Shown: positions 27,391-37,415 of the stretch, piece after piece
Layout: each line of letters begins with the position of its first letter
Position numbering within the stretch: position 1 is the first letter of the stretch
NCBI GenBank assembly: GCA_001563915.1
Contig: LKMP01000002.1
Span: 42,630 to 106,629, forward strand
DNA: 64,000 nt
Direction: 5' to 3'
DNA from: Nanohaloarchaea archaeon B1-Br10_U2g21
GTDB lineage: Archaea; Nanohalarchaeota; Nanosalinia; Nanosalinales; Nanosalinaceae
Notes under the pieces: generated by a model
Told to the model about the DNA's origin: nothing
The model's database searches: none
What the model saw: only the letters and a program-made list of their open reading frames with translations
Program-made: the position numbers and the translations under genes

Positions 27391-29466
27391 ATTAAAGTTA
27401 GACTTCTATTACTGACAGGCCTAACACTGTTATTAATCAGCTCAGCATCCGCGATAGACTTAGAAATTACGAACGAAGAAGACTATACTGATGATAGGAT
27501 TGATGTTGAAGTAGATCTCGGGAATAATGAAGATTATGAAAACTTGACTATTGAGTACAGTGGTCCGGATTCGCATTCAAGAATTTTCAATGAAAGTAAT
27601 GATAGGTCTTGGGAAGATGTTATAGAAGATGATTATGGTCCGGACGAGGCTGGAGAATATGATATTATTGCTACTGCAGTAGAAGAAGATGGTTCAGAGT
27701 CACAAGAGGAGTTTGAAAGTTTTGTTTTTGATGATGAAACGCCAGATTTGATTGAAGATTATCCTGAAGATGGAGAGTTTATCGATGAAGATAGTCCTGT
27801 AATTGATGTCGGTTTTGAAGATGAGTTATCAGGCCTTGCTAATGCAAGTATAGAGTTTGATGGTGAAACAGTTTACCTCGATGAAGATGATATAGGTGAA
27901 ACTAGCGAGGTCCTTCTTGAGCTTGAAGCCGAGGATTTAGATGATGATAGCTATGACTTTGATGTGTGGGCAGAAGATCGTGCTGGAAATGATGATAGCG
28001 ATACTTGGAGTTTCACAGTTGACACTTTAACTCCTGATCCTGAGGATTATGAGCTAGATCCGAGTTCCGGTCTTCATGAAGTAGATTTAGGCGATGATTT
28101 TGATATTGAGATAACTGTGGAGCCTAGCGAAGACCATGAATCTGAGATTGAAGCTTTGTGTCTAATTGATGGGGATGAAGAGGATAGTGATGGCAGAGAA
28201 GAGTTTGAGGAGGAAGAAGAAGTGGAGTTTGAATGCAGTATTCCTGATGACTACATGGACCAGTCTGTAGAATTCGAGTTTGAATTGGTAGATCAAGCTG
28301 GAAATGACTGGGTATCAGATTATCATGTTTATGAATTGGACGCAACTCCTCCAAGCGTTGAGTACTTTGAATCATCAATCAATATTTCAGTATTCAATGA
28401 TGATTTTGAAGTAGAATATTTGGCGAGTGATCTTTCAGGAGTCCAGAATGTAGAATATTATTTGAATGATGATCCTGGTCAAGGAGAGGGTACTTCTTTC
28501 TCTGAAGATGAAGGCGAATTTTACGTGGATACTTCAGATTTAGATACTGGAAACAATACAGTGTATCTAAGAGCTCAGGATGAGTTCGACAGATGGAGCA
28601 CAGCTAGCTCAATAGACTTTGAATATAGGCCAGATCAATCCCCAGAGCTAAGTATTGATATTATTGATGAGTTAGAGCTTGAAGCAGGAGAAACTGAGAA
28701 TCTCGATTTAGGCGTTGAAAATACAGGAGATATGTTTATACCTCAAGGAGAGATTGCAGCCTCTTATGATATGTTTAATGAAACTCAGAATTATGCAGAT
28801 CTTCTACCTGGAGACCGTATTGACACCTCTTTCGAAATAGAGGCTTCTGAGGACGATATAGGAGAACATGAACTATCGCTAGAGTTCAGTACTGTAGATG
28901 TGACTGAGACAGTAGAACTCATAATAAATCCTAATGAAGAAGGACGCGAAGACATAGATGGTCAGCTAGACGCGTATAATGACGAATATCAGACTCTGTC
29001 CGAAGATTTTGAGGATTTAAAAGATGGGGGTCTTTCAGAAGAAAGATCTGATAGGCTTGAAACCGATATATCTTCTTTTGAAGCAGCATTAAATGAAGCT
29101 GAAGAATCAACAGAGAACGAAGATTATTTTGAAGCACATAATCTCGTAGATGAATTAAGTGCAGAAATGCAGCAATCGCAAGATACATTTGCCGAAGTGG
29201 AGGAAGAGCATCAGGTATCTGTAAGAAATAGACGAGTCATAATGGTAGTATTAGGTCTCTTTGCAGTGTTAATAGGGAGTATAATCTATGTATTTTATAA
29301 TGAAGAATACGAGCTTGATATCCCTGGACTTGATGAGCTTATGCCAGATTCAGAATCTACAAGTGCTGGAATAGAAGACTCAGAAAGCATTGTAGATAAA
29401 TTGAAATCAAAGATAGAGGATTTAAGAGGTCCTGATGACTCAGAGCCCGTATATGAATTTAAGTAA
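27391..29466 (+). CDS. very acidic secreted Ig-like repeat surface protein with C-terminal coiled coil and TM anchor
   Basis: Frame open from 27385; signal peptide (I/M)KVRLLLLTGLTLLLISSASA; DRAGN/DQAGN and DxTPP Ig motifs; TM VIMVVLGLFAVLIGSIIYV; start uncertain (ATT 27391). Confidence 0.8.
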   Translation: MKVRLLLLTGLTLLLISSASAIDLEITNEEDYTDDRIDVEVDLGNNEDYENLTIEYSGPDSHSRIFNESNDRSWEDVIEDDYGPDEAGEYDIIATAVEEDGSESQEEFESFVFDDETPDLIEDYPEDGEFIDEDSPVIDVGFEDELSGLANASIEFDGETVYLDEDDIGETSEVLLELEAEDLDDDSYDFDVWAEDRAGNDDSDTWSFTVDTLTPDPEDYELDPSSGLHEVDLGDDFDIEITVEPSEDHESEIEALCLIDGDEEDSDGREEFEEEEEVEFECSIPDDYMDQSVEFEFELVDQAGNDWVSDYHVYELDATPPSVEYFESSINISVFNDDFEVEYLASDLSGVQNVEYYLNDDPGQGEGTSFSEDEGEFYVDTSDLDTGNNTVYLRAQDEFDRWSTASSIDFEYRPDQSPELSIDIIDELELEAGETENLDLGVENTGDMFIPQGEIAASYDMFNETQNYADLLPGDRIDTSFEIEASEDDIGEHELSLEFSTVDVTETVELIINPNEEGREDIDGQLDAYNDEYQTLSEDFEDLKDGGLSEERSDRLETDISSFEAALNEAEESTENEDYFEAHNLVDELSAEMQQSQDTFAEVEEEHQVSVRNRRVIMVVLGLFAVLIGSIIYVFYNEEYELDIPGLDELMPDSESTSAGIEDSESIVDKLKSKIEDLRGPDDSEPVYEFK

Positions 29467-29475
29467 TTTTTATGC

Positions 29476-29817
29476 TTAAAGCTTCTCTGTATTTTTGAAC
29501 TGTTTCTTCATTAGGCCTTTTGCTCTGACAGTCTCAAGTATTTGTCGATACTCTTCTAAGTAAGAATGGTTTCTAGCCGCCTTTGATGCTGCTTCTTCTA
29601 TTATTAGCATTACTTGCGGATCATCTTTCATTTTCCTGAGAATTTTTCTGCTTGCTCGCTTCTTATTTAGATATTGGGAGACTGCGGGCTGAGTTAGCCC
29701 CATTTTTTCTGCAATTTCTTTTTGTTTTAATCCATATTCTTCAGCTAATTCCTCAGCTAATAGACTTCTGACTGCTGGAAGAAATTCATTACTCACTATT
29801 TCTGATTCGAAGTCCAT
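29476..29817 (-). CDS. HTH transcriptional regulator
   Basis: LPAVRSLLA...QKEIAEKMGLTQPAVSQYL. Confidence 0.88.
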   Translation of the reverse strand: MDFESEIVSNEFLPAVRSLLAEELAEEYGLKQKEIAEKMGLTQPAVSQYLNKKRASRKILRKMKDDPQVMLIIEEAASKAARNHSYLEEYRQILETVRAKGLMKKQFKNTEKL

Positions 29818-29904
29818 GCGTGAATAACAGCGTTATAATTTTTTATATTGTAACTGCAACTAAAAAATAAGAGGTAAAAATAGAGGTTAGAGACTATTAA
29901 GCGT

Positions 29905-30246
29905 TTAAAGACCTGTCTGCTCTACTTCTCGAGACAGTTTCTCTACATCTGCGCTCAAGGCTTCCAACTTTCTAGAAACTCTTTCTTTCTCTTTCAGAAT
30001 GTTTTCTACCTTCTCGTACTTTCTTGCGGCGTGGTCTAAATGATGTTTCTCCACATAAGCTGCTTCTGTCTCCATCATATTCTCTACAATTTCTTCTGCA
30101 ATCTGTCCTAGCAGCAGGTTCAACCCATAATAAACATTCGAACGCACATACTGACCTTCGCTTGCCTGTTCTCTTACCATCCTCTTAATCCGTGCATGCG
30201 TGAATGGGAGTTCTGCTACTTCTACATCTTCTGGTACTTCAACCAT
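29905..30246 (-). CDS. histone-fold protein with C-terminal coiled coil
   Basis: LPFTHARIKRMVRE...V..., long alpha2, YVEKHHLDHA, then heptad helix. Confidence 0.7.
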   Translation of the reverse strand: MVEVPEDVEVAELPFTHARIKRMVREQASEGQYVRSNVYYGLNLLLGQIAEEIVENMMETEAAYVEKHHLDHAARKYEKVENILKEKERVSRKLEALSADVEKLSREVEQTGL

Positions 30247-30332
30247 GTTATCACGTAAAAAATTCGGGTTACAGACTTTTAATGGTTGCTGATGTCGAAA
30301 GTTATAAAGCGAGGCCTTTGTGTAAAGGTGTT

Positions 30333-30548
30333 ATGGTAGAAGTCGCTGTTTTAAACGCTTATTTAGATGTGGCCGTGAAGCTAATGGTTTTAGTGCTTGG
30401 AGGCTATCTATTATTCCTCTTGAAAAACTTGAACAGTTTTGTAGAGTCCGCAGAAAGGTCTATTGAATCTGTAGAACATACGGCTGAAACTGTTGAACGG
30501 ACATTAAACTGGTCTAAACTACTTCCGTTTACAGGTGATAAGCAATGA
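30333..30548 (+). CDS. small single-TM protein with coiled-coil tail
   Basis: ATG 30333 preceded by AGGTG; hydrophobic segment followed by heptads. Confidence 0.7.
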   Translation: MVEVAVLNAYLDVAVKLMVLVLGGYLLFLLKNLNSFVESAERSIESVEHTAETVERTLNWSKLLPFTGDKQ

Positions 30549-30781
30549 ATGAGCTTTTAGATGCAGCTAAGTCCAACAAAGGAAGTGAAGACAGCAGCGA
30601 AAGATATCGTGAACTTAAGAAGGAAGAAGCAGGAACTTCAGAGAAAGACCCTGTAAAAGAAAGATATGAAGAGTTAAAGGAGAAAGCTAAAGAAGAATAT
30701 CTTAGAAAAGAGAAAGAAAAAGAGGAACGACAAGCCTCCGAAGAAGAGGAAGAAGATTCAGAGAATTTTGTGACTTACTAA
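30545..30781 (+). CDS. small highly charged hypothetical protein
   Basis: ATGA-coupled to upstream gene; internal repeat ERYRELK/ERYEELK. Confidence 0.7.
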   Translation: MNELLDAAKSNKGSEDSSERYRELKKEEAGTSEKDPVKERYEELKEKAKEEYLRKEKEKEERQASEEEEEDSENFVTY

Positions 30782-31975
30782 ATGGCGCTTCAAGAAGTTC
30801 CTAAAGCAACAAAATACCTTTCTATGGTCATGCTGGTAGCTTGGATCGGCCAGTCAATGGTCTGGAATTTTCTACCAATTTACTTTGAAAGATATATCCA
30901 AAACGTTTTCCTAATAGGTTTCTTAGTATCTCTACCTCCTTTGATAACTATTTTGATGGATATTCCTGTTAGTAATTATATCCAGAGAGTAGGAGAGAAA
31001 TTCGTGTTTCTAGTCGGCTTGATTTTCAATGTTTTACCTGCTGTAGCCTATCTAGGCGCAGCCCCATTATTCATAGTTACCGGCAAAATGTTTGAAGGAA
31101 TTACTAAAAGCCTAATCTGGAACAGTGGATGGAGCTTATCGCTGAAAACTTCCAATGAAAAAACCGAAGGAGAATCAATATCAATTTTCCTACTAGGAAT
31201 AAATCTGGCAGCAGTTATAGGCCCTGTAATCGGAGGATATCTTCTGATTTCCTATGGATTCCAGTTGCCGTTTATCATCTGGATTTTAACATCCTCAATA
31301 GCCATTTTGGTTTTCATATCGTACATTGGTTATAGTCCTGAATCTGATGCAGTAGATAACTTTGAGAAGCTGTTTAAGAAAAAGACTTATTTCGATGATT
31401 TTCACCATCTAGAACAGAACTGGGACAGCATAAAACCTGTTTATACACTTATTTTTCTCCACTCTATAATATTCTCATTTTACTGGCTTGCAGTACCTTT
31501 AGCCTTAGACGAAGTAGGCGCATCCTTCATCGAAATGGGCTTTATATTTGGTCTCGCAGCTCTCCCATCAGTATTTCAAATCTTTTTTGGCAGGTTTGCA
31601 GATCATGTAGGCCGACATAAATCACTAATTATTTTCTCGGCAATTCTCACGCCCATACTGGTCGCAATGTATTTCTCACAGAGTGTTATAGTGCTTGGCG
31701 CGCTTTTCTTCCTAGCTGCTGCGCTAACAAATGGCATGAGTCCTCCAATCCATACAATGCTAGATATAAGAGCTCCTGAAGAAGTAGAAAGTGAGCTCGT
31801 GGGATTCATGGAGCTATTCAAACATATTGGCCAGTTCACAGGACCTTTAGCTGCAGGAGCAGTGGCATCAGTAGCAAGTCTATCCGTATCTTTTGCAGCT
31901 GCCGGCATAGTATCAGGTCTTATTTTACTCTACTCTCTAAAACTCTATAGGTCTGAAAGCCTTCCAAAGTCATAG
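30782..31975 (+). CDS. MFS transporter
   Basis: About 12 TM; GRFADHVGRH motif A. Confidence 0.9.
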   Translation: MALQEVPKATKYLSMVMLVAWIGQSMVWNFLPIYFERYIQNVFLIGFLVSLPPLITILMDIPVSNYIQRVGEKFVFLVGLIFNVLPAVAYLGAAPLFIVTGKMFEGITKSLIWNSGWSLSLKTSNEKTEGESISIFLLGINLAAVIGPVIGGYLLISYGFQLPFIIWILTSSIAILVFISYIGYSPESDAVDNFEKLFKKKTYFDDFHHLEQNWDSIKPVYTLIFLHSIIFSFYWLAVPLALDEVGASFIEMGFIFGLAALPSVFQIFFGRFADHVGRHKSLIIFSAILTPILVAMYFSQSVIVLGALFFLAAALTNGMSPPIHTMLDIRAPEEVESELVGFMELFKHIGQFTGPLAAGAVASVASLSVSFAAAGIVSGLILLYSLKLYRSESLPKS

Positions 31976-32667
31976 ACTCCTCCTTCACGCGAAACAGCTA
32001 CCGCATTCATAGTGCCTAATTCCATGTGATTCTTCAATATTGGAGACATTAAGTCAGATTCATCTATAGTATTCACTTCTGAACCGTTAGATATATGTGA
32101 AAACGCAGGTAGAACAATAATTTCTATGCCTTCTCTGTTTTCGCCATGTAAAAGACAAGAAACTTTTTCTACATGTCCTATGTCATCTTTAAGAGCTAAA
32201 GCAGGGTGTTCATGACCTATAACAATTGTGCCATAGTCTTCTTCTACTTCTAGTTTTTCATGTCCGTGAACAAAAAGTACGTCATCTTTTAGAAAACTTT
32301 CTTCTAGTTTAAGTCCTTGATCTTCAACTGTTTGTTCAAGAAACAAATCATGATTTCCTTTTATGACAATAACTTGTTCAAAAATAGTTTTCAAAAACTT
32401 TAACAGTTCTGCGACCTCTTTTTTCTCAGAATAACTTGTTGAGAACTCATTTTTCAAATCCCCATTAATCACTATAGATCGAGCCTTTGTTACTTCAAAA
32501 CATTTCTCTAGTTCTTCCTTCACTTTGTCAAGTTGGAACTCAGGCACATAATATCCGCTCGAAGTCATACTAGCTTCAAGACCTAGATGAAGATCTGCAA
32601 CTGCAACTGTATCTATTTCAGGAAAATGAACAGCAGGCATTGAATCAATTATTTTGAACTCTGTCAT
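31945..32667 (-). CDS. metallophosphoesterase (calcineurin-like)
   Basis: ADLHLG, NGD, GNHD, HGH, GHEHP, LPAFS. Confidence 0.92.
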   Translation of the reverse strand: MTEFKIIDSMPAVHFPEIDTVAVADLHLGLEASMTSSGYYVPEFQLDKVKEELEKCFEVTKARSIVINGDLKNEFSTSYSEKKEVAELLKFLKTIFEQVIVIKGNHDLFLEQTVEDQGLKLEESFLKDDVLFVHGHEKLEVEEDYGTIVIGHEHPALALKDDIGHVEKVSCLLHGENREGIEIIVLPAFSHISNGSEVNTIDESDLMSPILKNHMELGTMNAVAVSREGGVYDFGRLSDL

Positions 32668-33524
32668 CCATGATTTACTGCTCCCCACATATCTATAAAT
32701 GAGTCAAAGAACTCTCCGCCTGTAGATACTAACTGATATTCTGCCCCGTGCTTTTCGCATAGTTCTTCTATCTCCTCAGTATGATTTTTCAGCCTCGATT
32801 TATAACTGGATTTAGTACTTCTAGAAAGATACGCTCGCAGAGTAGAACTCGACTCAGGATCCTCAAGTATAGTATCTCCACTGAAACTTGGATCAAGTTC
32901 CTCCTCATCAAAAACATTTATCAAAGCTACACGAGACCCACTAAGACTTTGAAGTCCTGACTCTATCTGTTCGAGATCCGTCAAAAAATCCGAAATAATT
33001 ACCACTATAGATTTATTCTTAATTCTACTACTGTACTGCGTTATACATCGCTCCACTCTACTATCAGGAGTTTTCCTCAGCTCATTCAGAGTTTCCACTA
33101 ATTTCACGAGATTAGCATTTCTCCTTGCTGCAGTAAGATCTGTTAATGTTTCAGAAAATACTGAAAACCTAAAGCGATCATTGGTCTTCATAGTCATAAA
33201 AGCTAATCCTAATCCTAGCTTTGCACCGTATTCATACTTATTTACTTTCCCGAAATCCATTGAGCTGCTACGATCAACTATTATATGAACTGTAACGTTA
33301 CGTTCTTCTTCATACCTTTTTACGAAAAAATCTCTTGTGCGCCCATAGGCCTTCCAATCAATCCTTCTGATATCATCACCAGGAACATATTCCTTATGAT
33401 CCTTGAATATCATGCCGCTACCTGAGAAGTCGCTCTCCTGTTCTCCCTGTCTAATCTCAGTGCTGTTTTTTTTCAACGCCAAGTGGAAGTTCTGGAGCTC
33501 GTTAAGAAAATCTGCCTCAATCAT
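32664..33524 (-). CDS. DUF58 (vWA-like) MoxR partner
   Basis: FKDHKEYVPGDDIRRIDWKAY, DRSSSM, ISDFL. Confidence 0.93.
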   Translation of the reverse strand: MIEADFLNELQNFHLALKKNSTEIRQGEQESDFSGSGMIFKDHKEYVPGDDIRRIDWKAYGRTRDFFVKRYEEERNVTVHIIVDRSSSMDFGKVNKYEYGAKLGLGLAFMTMKTNDRFRFSVFSETLTDLTAARRNANLVKLVETLNELRKTPDSRVERCITQYSSRIKNKSIVVIISDFLTDLEQIESGLQSLSGSRVALINVFDEEELDPSFSGDTILEDPESSSTLRAYLSRSTKSSYKSRLKNHTEEIEELCEKHGAEYQLVSTGGEFFDSFIDMWGAVNHG

Positions 33525-34483
33525 AACTTTTCTATTATCTCCTCAACCACATCGTCCTCTGAGAGGCCTTTCTTTTCTGCTGCAAAGCTCAGACCTATAC
33601 GGTGTCGTAAAACTGGTTTAGCCATTAATACGATGTCTTCTTCTGAGACATGATTCCTGTTCTCTACAAGCGCATGACCCTTAGAAGCCAGTACAAGGTT
33701 AATACTTGCTCTCGGTGATGCGCCATAGTCCAATTCATCACGCTCACGAGTAGAACGAACAATTTTTACAGCTTTTTTTCTGATATCATCAGCTATAGGT
33801 ACTTTTCTGGTAAATTCCTGAAGTTTTATCAAATCTTTTTTTGAAAGAACTTTCTTTAAATCAGGTTTATAGTTAAGTTCTTCTGAAAACCGTTCAACAA
33901 TCTCTATCTCATCATTTTGTTCTGGAAACTCTAGTTTCACTTTCATTAGAAATCTATCGCGCTGTGCCTCAGGTAAAGGATATGTCCCCTCTTGTTCTAT
34001 AGGATTCTGCGTAGCAATCAGAAAGAACGGTTTCTCTAGATTATAGCTCTCGTTCCCCACAGTCACCTGTTTCTCCTGCATAGCTTCCAACAGCGCAGAC
34101 TGAGTCTTTGGAGTAGCTCGGTTAATTTCATCTGCTAAGACCATATTAGCAAATATGGGGCCTTGCTGAAATCTAAATTCTGCAGTCCCAGAGGAATCAT
34201 CAATAATATGAGTCCCTGTTATATCTGAAGGCATCAGATCTGGCGTGCTTTGAATCCTTGAAAATTTTAACCCCATAGTCTGAGAAAAAGTAGATGCCAT
34301 TTTAGTCTTACCCATTCCCGGATTAGATTCAAGCAAGATATTTCCATCACAAAGTATACAGGCCATTACTTGATCTATCACATCTTCCTGACCTACTATT
34401 ACTTTGCCTACCTCATTTTTAATCTCGGCGAGTTTTTCATTTACTTTACCATATTCTATAGACTTAGCGCCGGAAAGCTTCAT
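33521..34483 (-). CDS. moxR: MoxR-family AAA+ ATPase
   Basis: PGMGKT, RIQSTPDLMPSDITG, DEINRA, ATQNPIEQEGTYPLPEAQ, GASPRA. Confidence 0.95.
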   Translation of the reverse strand: MKLSGAKSIEYGKVNEKLAEIKNEVGKVIVGQEDVIDQVMACILCDGNILLESNPGMGKTKMASTFSQTMGLKFSRIQSTPDLMPSDITGTHIIDDSSGTAEFRFQQGPIFANMVLADEINRATPKTQSALLEAMQEKQVTVGNESYNLEKPFFLIATQNPIEQEGTYPLPEAQRDRFLMKVKLEFPEQNDEIEIVERFSEELNYKPDLKKVLSKKDLIKLQEFTRKVPIADDIRKKAVKIVRSTRERDELDYGASPRASINLVLASKGHALVENRNHVSEEDIVLMAKPVLRHRIGLSFAAEKKGLSEDDVVEEIIEKL

Positions 34484-34509
34484 ACAAAGTAATTGGTTTT
34501 CACGATTTA

Positions 34510-35244
34510 TTAATTCTCTAACTCCTGCACCTCAAGACTGTACTCTCTCGCAAGCTCCAACCCCTCATCAATCTCGGAGTCAGAAGCCTCAAATCTTAGC
34601 TCAGATTCATTAAACCTAGTTCTGAAACCTTCATCAAAACTCTCTCCTTCACCTTCAACATCAACATCTATAGAGGTTCCAAGATCCTCAATATCAGAAT
34701 CATCTCCAAGTACATCATCAACATCTCCCTGATACTCATCTGAGCCATCACCGAAGTCAGAAAGTTCTGGTACTGCCGAGTAAAGTTGGCTAGTATCAAT
34801 ATCAACCATTGGCACAACAAGGCCTGAAACAGCAGTCAATATGCTTAATGAGCCTAACAAAAAGACTTTTTTTGTAACAGAGCCTCCCGGAATAATACTT
34901 TCGGAAGACACTGAACGCGCCCTAGTCATTAAATCTTCAAACAAGGCCTCAGATACTTCATCACGCCTATTTAAGTTGTCTCGCGCAGTACGTAAAATTT
35001 CCTGTAACTCATTATTCCTCAGCTCATATATCTCTACAGAATAACCTTTACTACGATACAAGAAATTGGCTAAGAAAAACAATAGTCCTGCTATCGCTAA
35101 ATAGACTATATCAACAGATAAACCTGTAAAAAAGAACACAAGATTAATTCCGAGTACAAATATGGCAGCATCTAAACTGCTTTGAATAAGATTGACCTTA
35201 AAATACTCTCTCTTCAATCTTTTAAACAAATCTTCAACTCTCAT
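34510..35244 (-). CDS. membrane protein with acidic tail (MoxR operon)
   Basis: Two to three TM segments, E..N.EL.EILRTARD motif; start reset to ATG 35244. Confidence 0.75.
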   Translation of the reverse strand: MRVEDLFKRLKREYFKVNLIQSSLDAAIFVLGINLVFFFTGLSVDIVYLAIAGLLFFLANFLYRSKGYSVEIYELRNNELQEILRTARDNLNRRDEVSEALFEDLMTRARSVSSESIIPGGSVTKKVFLLGSLSILTAVSGLVVPMVDIDTSQLYSAVPELSDFGDGSDEYQGDVDDVLGDDSDIEDLGTSIDVDVEGEGESFDEGFRTRFNESELRFEASDSEIDEGLELAREYSLEVQELEN

Positions 35245-35689
35245 CTTCGTCCCACACTGAACATTCTTCTTCAGCAGTTTCACTCTTTTGGTTATCTTCG
35301 CAGATATTAGTCATCTGCAAATCCAGCGTATCTCTCTCATCTCTAACCTCTCCTAGTTCTCCTTCAAGATTCTCTATCTGTCCTTGTAATGATTCAACAG
35401 TATCATCGCGTTCTTCTGAAGACATTTGTGCTTCTTCTGCTTCTTCTTCAAGCTCTTCAGTCCGATTCTCAAGATTTGATATCTCTTGATTTTGTGCATC
35501 AGTCTTATTTTCCAGTTCACCAGCCGCAGCCCGTTCCTGATAGAGTTCTTCTTGCATACTCTGTTTATCGCTCACGATATCATCAAACTGGGTTTGATAA
35601 ATTATTGATAGTCCCGCAAGCAATGCAAGTACTATCACTGTTGTTACGAGTAAAAAAGGGTTAAGCCGTCTCTTCAGTAAGAACTTCAT
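35234..35689 (-). CDS. membrane-anchored coiled-coil protein
   Basis: N-terminal TM followed by long acidic heptad region. Confidence 0.78.
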   Translation of the reverse strand: MKFLLKRRLNPFLLVTTVIVLALLAGLSIIYQTQFDDIVSDKQSMQEELYQERAAAGELENKTDAQNQEISNLENRTEELEEEAEEAQMSSEERDDTVESLQGQIENLEGELGEVRDERDTLDLQMTNICEDNQKSETAEEECSVWDEDES

Positions 35690-35767
35690 CTCTGCAAACT
35701 AATGGGTCAAAGAAGTTTAATAGCTCTGCCCATTTTTAAGTAGAGTCATCACCAATTCTAAACCAGT

Positions 35768-37408
35768 ATGTCCTCAGAAAACCATGATGATAATGATACC
35801 TGTAAATTTGGCCACGTTTTCGCACTTTATAATGAAAACGAGAGAGAACATTCTTCAGCAGCCAAAAAAGCCTTGAAAGACATAAGAGAAGGTAAGCTCA
35901 CAAGTTATAGTGAACTAGATGAAAGAGACCTAAGCCTCGGAGATTTATTTGGCGCACCAGTCAGAAAATTGAAAGGAAAAGGAGGAAGCCAAGGCACTGC
36001 TTATGGAACTATTCTAAGCGCACCCGATAAATATGAGGATGACCTTGGATATTTATCTAAAAGAGTTACAGAATCAATATTTGTTTCTCCTCAAAGCCAG
36101 CTGCACGACGAGTTCATTCAGAGAAAGCAGCAAGCTGAACAGAGAGTTAATCAGACCTTAGCCAATTTTTCTGATATACTTGAAACTAAACACATGTTAG
36201 AACATGATATCAGGAAACTAAGATCACGAGCAGAGGCTTTTAACTCACGAGATGAAACCGTATTAAAAGGAGACTTCGTACAACTCGTTGACGGTGCAGG
36301 TGCAGGAGGCCAAGGAGGAGACGAACAGGCCCTTCGTTTTCTGAGAGACAACAACATTTACCCAACAATTGTATCCGACTTCATGGAACTAGAGTCGGTT
36401 GATGACCTGAAAAAAGCCGAAGATCGAGAGGATGATGAAGACGGAGCTCTCTCAAATCTTCCTCGTAACGAAAAAGCAATTCTTAGAAAGAAGTATGTAA
36501 TGTACGAGAAGTGGAAAGATCTTTACGGCAGCGAAGTAAATCGGAGATTAAATGAATTGAAATCCCAGCTCCAAAATATTGAACGAAGTATAGAAAATAC
36601 CAAGAACTGGTTGGAACCCTATGTAAGAGATGTTGTAATGATCAACGAACTAGGCGATAACCAATCACATATGACAAACTACTTTGAATGGAAGGGTTAT
36701 GCAGCAATGATCCGTCAACTTGAATTCATATGTTACAAACCTATGGTCAAGGACGAGGGCCAACTATATCCTGCTTCAAACGAAGATCCAACTCATTATA
36801 GAGTAATGTTCATTACCGGATTCCATGTAATACTTGCTAACTCAGACCAGCCTAATCAGCCAGGTGGAGGAAACACGGGCGTAGTAGGATGGCACCCTGC
36901 AGTAGTCTGTAAACACGTCTTCGAAAATCTTTTTCAGCCCAAGCTTGATATGGCGGAAAGCTTAGTCGAGGAAATGATGGATGACTACGTAGGAGAGTTC
37001 AAACCAAAAAAAGGACAAGAGTACAGACTGAAAAGGGAAGAAAAAGATATGTCTGTAAGAGTGTTTAGAGAAAAAATAGAAGAAAAAATTGACGAACATG
37101 TTCCAATTGAGTTCTCTTCAAAAATCAGAAGAATTGAAGACGGACTTGATGAACCTGAATCAGTCAAAACAGACTACTCAAAAGAACATTTTGAGGCCAT
37201 GAATAACATTCTTGATATAGAGCCAGAAAAAACCGATGATGCTGAAGAGATGTACAAAGGCTTAGACAAAAAGTTGAAAGAGTTCACAGGAAAGACTGAT
37301 AAATACAAAATCCCTGAAGGCAAGGCCATAAACGACATGATGTCCGAATTCAGATTTGAATACTACTTCGATTACAAACTGGGTCTTGGAATGCACACTA
37401 TGAAGTGA
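35768..37408 (+). CDS. large helical/coiled-coil hypothetical protein with possible Xre-like HTH
   Basis: 546-aa ORF; heptad stretches; GQEYRLKREEKDMS...SKIRRIEDG. Confidence 0.85.
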   Translation: MSSENHDDNDTCKFGHVFALYNENEREHSSAAKKALKDIREGKLTSYSELDERDLSLGDLFGAPVRKLKGKGGSQGTAYGTILSAPDKYEDDLGYLSKRVTESIFVSPQSQLHDEFIQRKQQAEQRVNQTLANFSDILETKHMLEHDIRKLRSRAEAFNSRDETVLKGDFVQLVDGAGAGGQGGDEQALRFLRDNNIYPTIVSDFMELESVDDLKKAEDREDDEDGALSNLPRNEKAILRKKYVMYEKWKDLYGSEVNRRLNELKSQLQNIERSIENTKNWLEPYVRDVVMINELGDNQSHMTNYFEWKGYAAMIRQLEFICYKPMVKDEGQLYPASNEDPTHYRVMFITGFHVILANSDQPNQPGGGNTGVVGWHPAVVCKHVFENLFQPKLDMAESLVEEMMDDYVGEFKPKKGQEYRLKREEKDMSVRVFREKIEEKIDEHVPIEFSSKIRRIEDGLDEPESVKTDYSKEHFEAMNNILDIEPEKTDDAEEMYKGLDKKLKEFTGKTDKYKIPEGKAINDMMSEFRFEYYFDYKLGLGMHTMK

Positions 37409-37415
37409 ACAGTGT

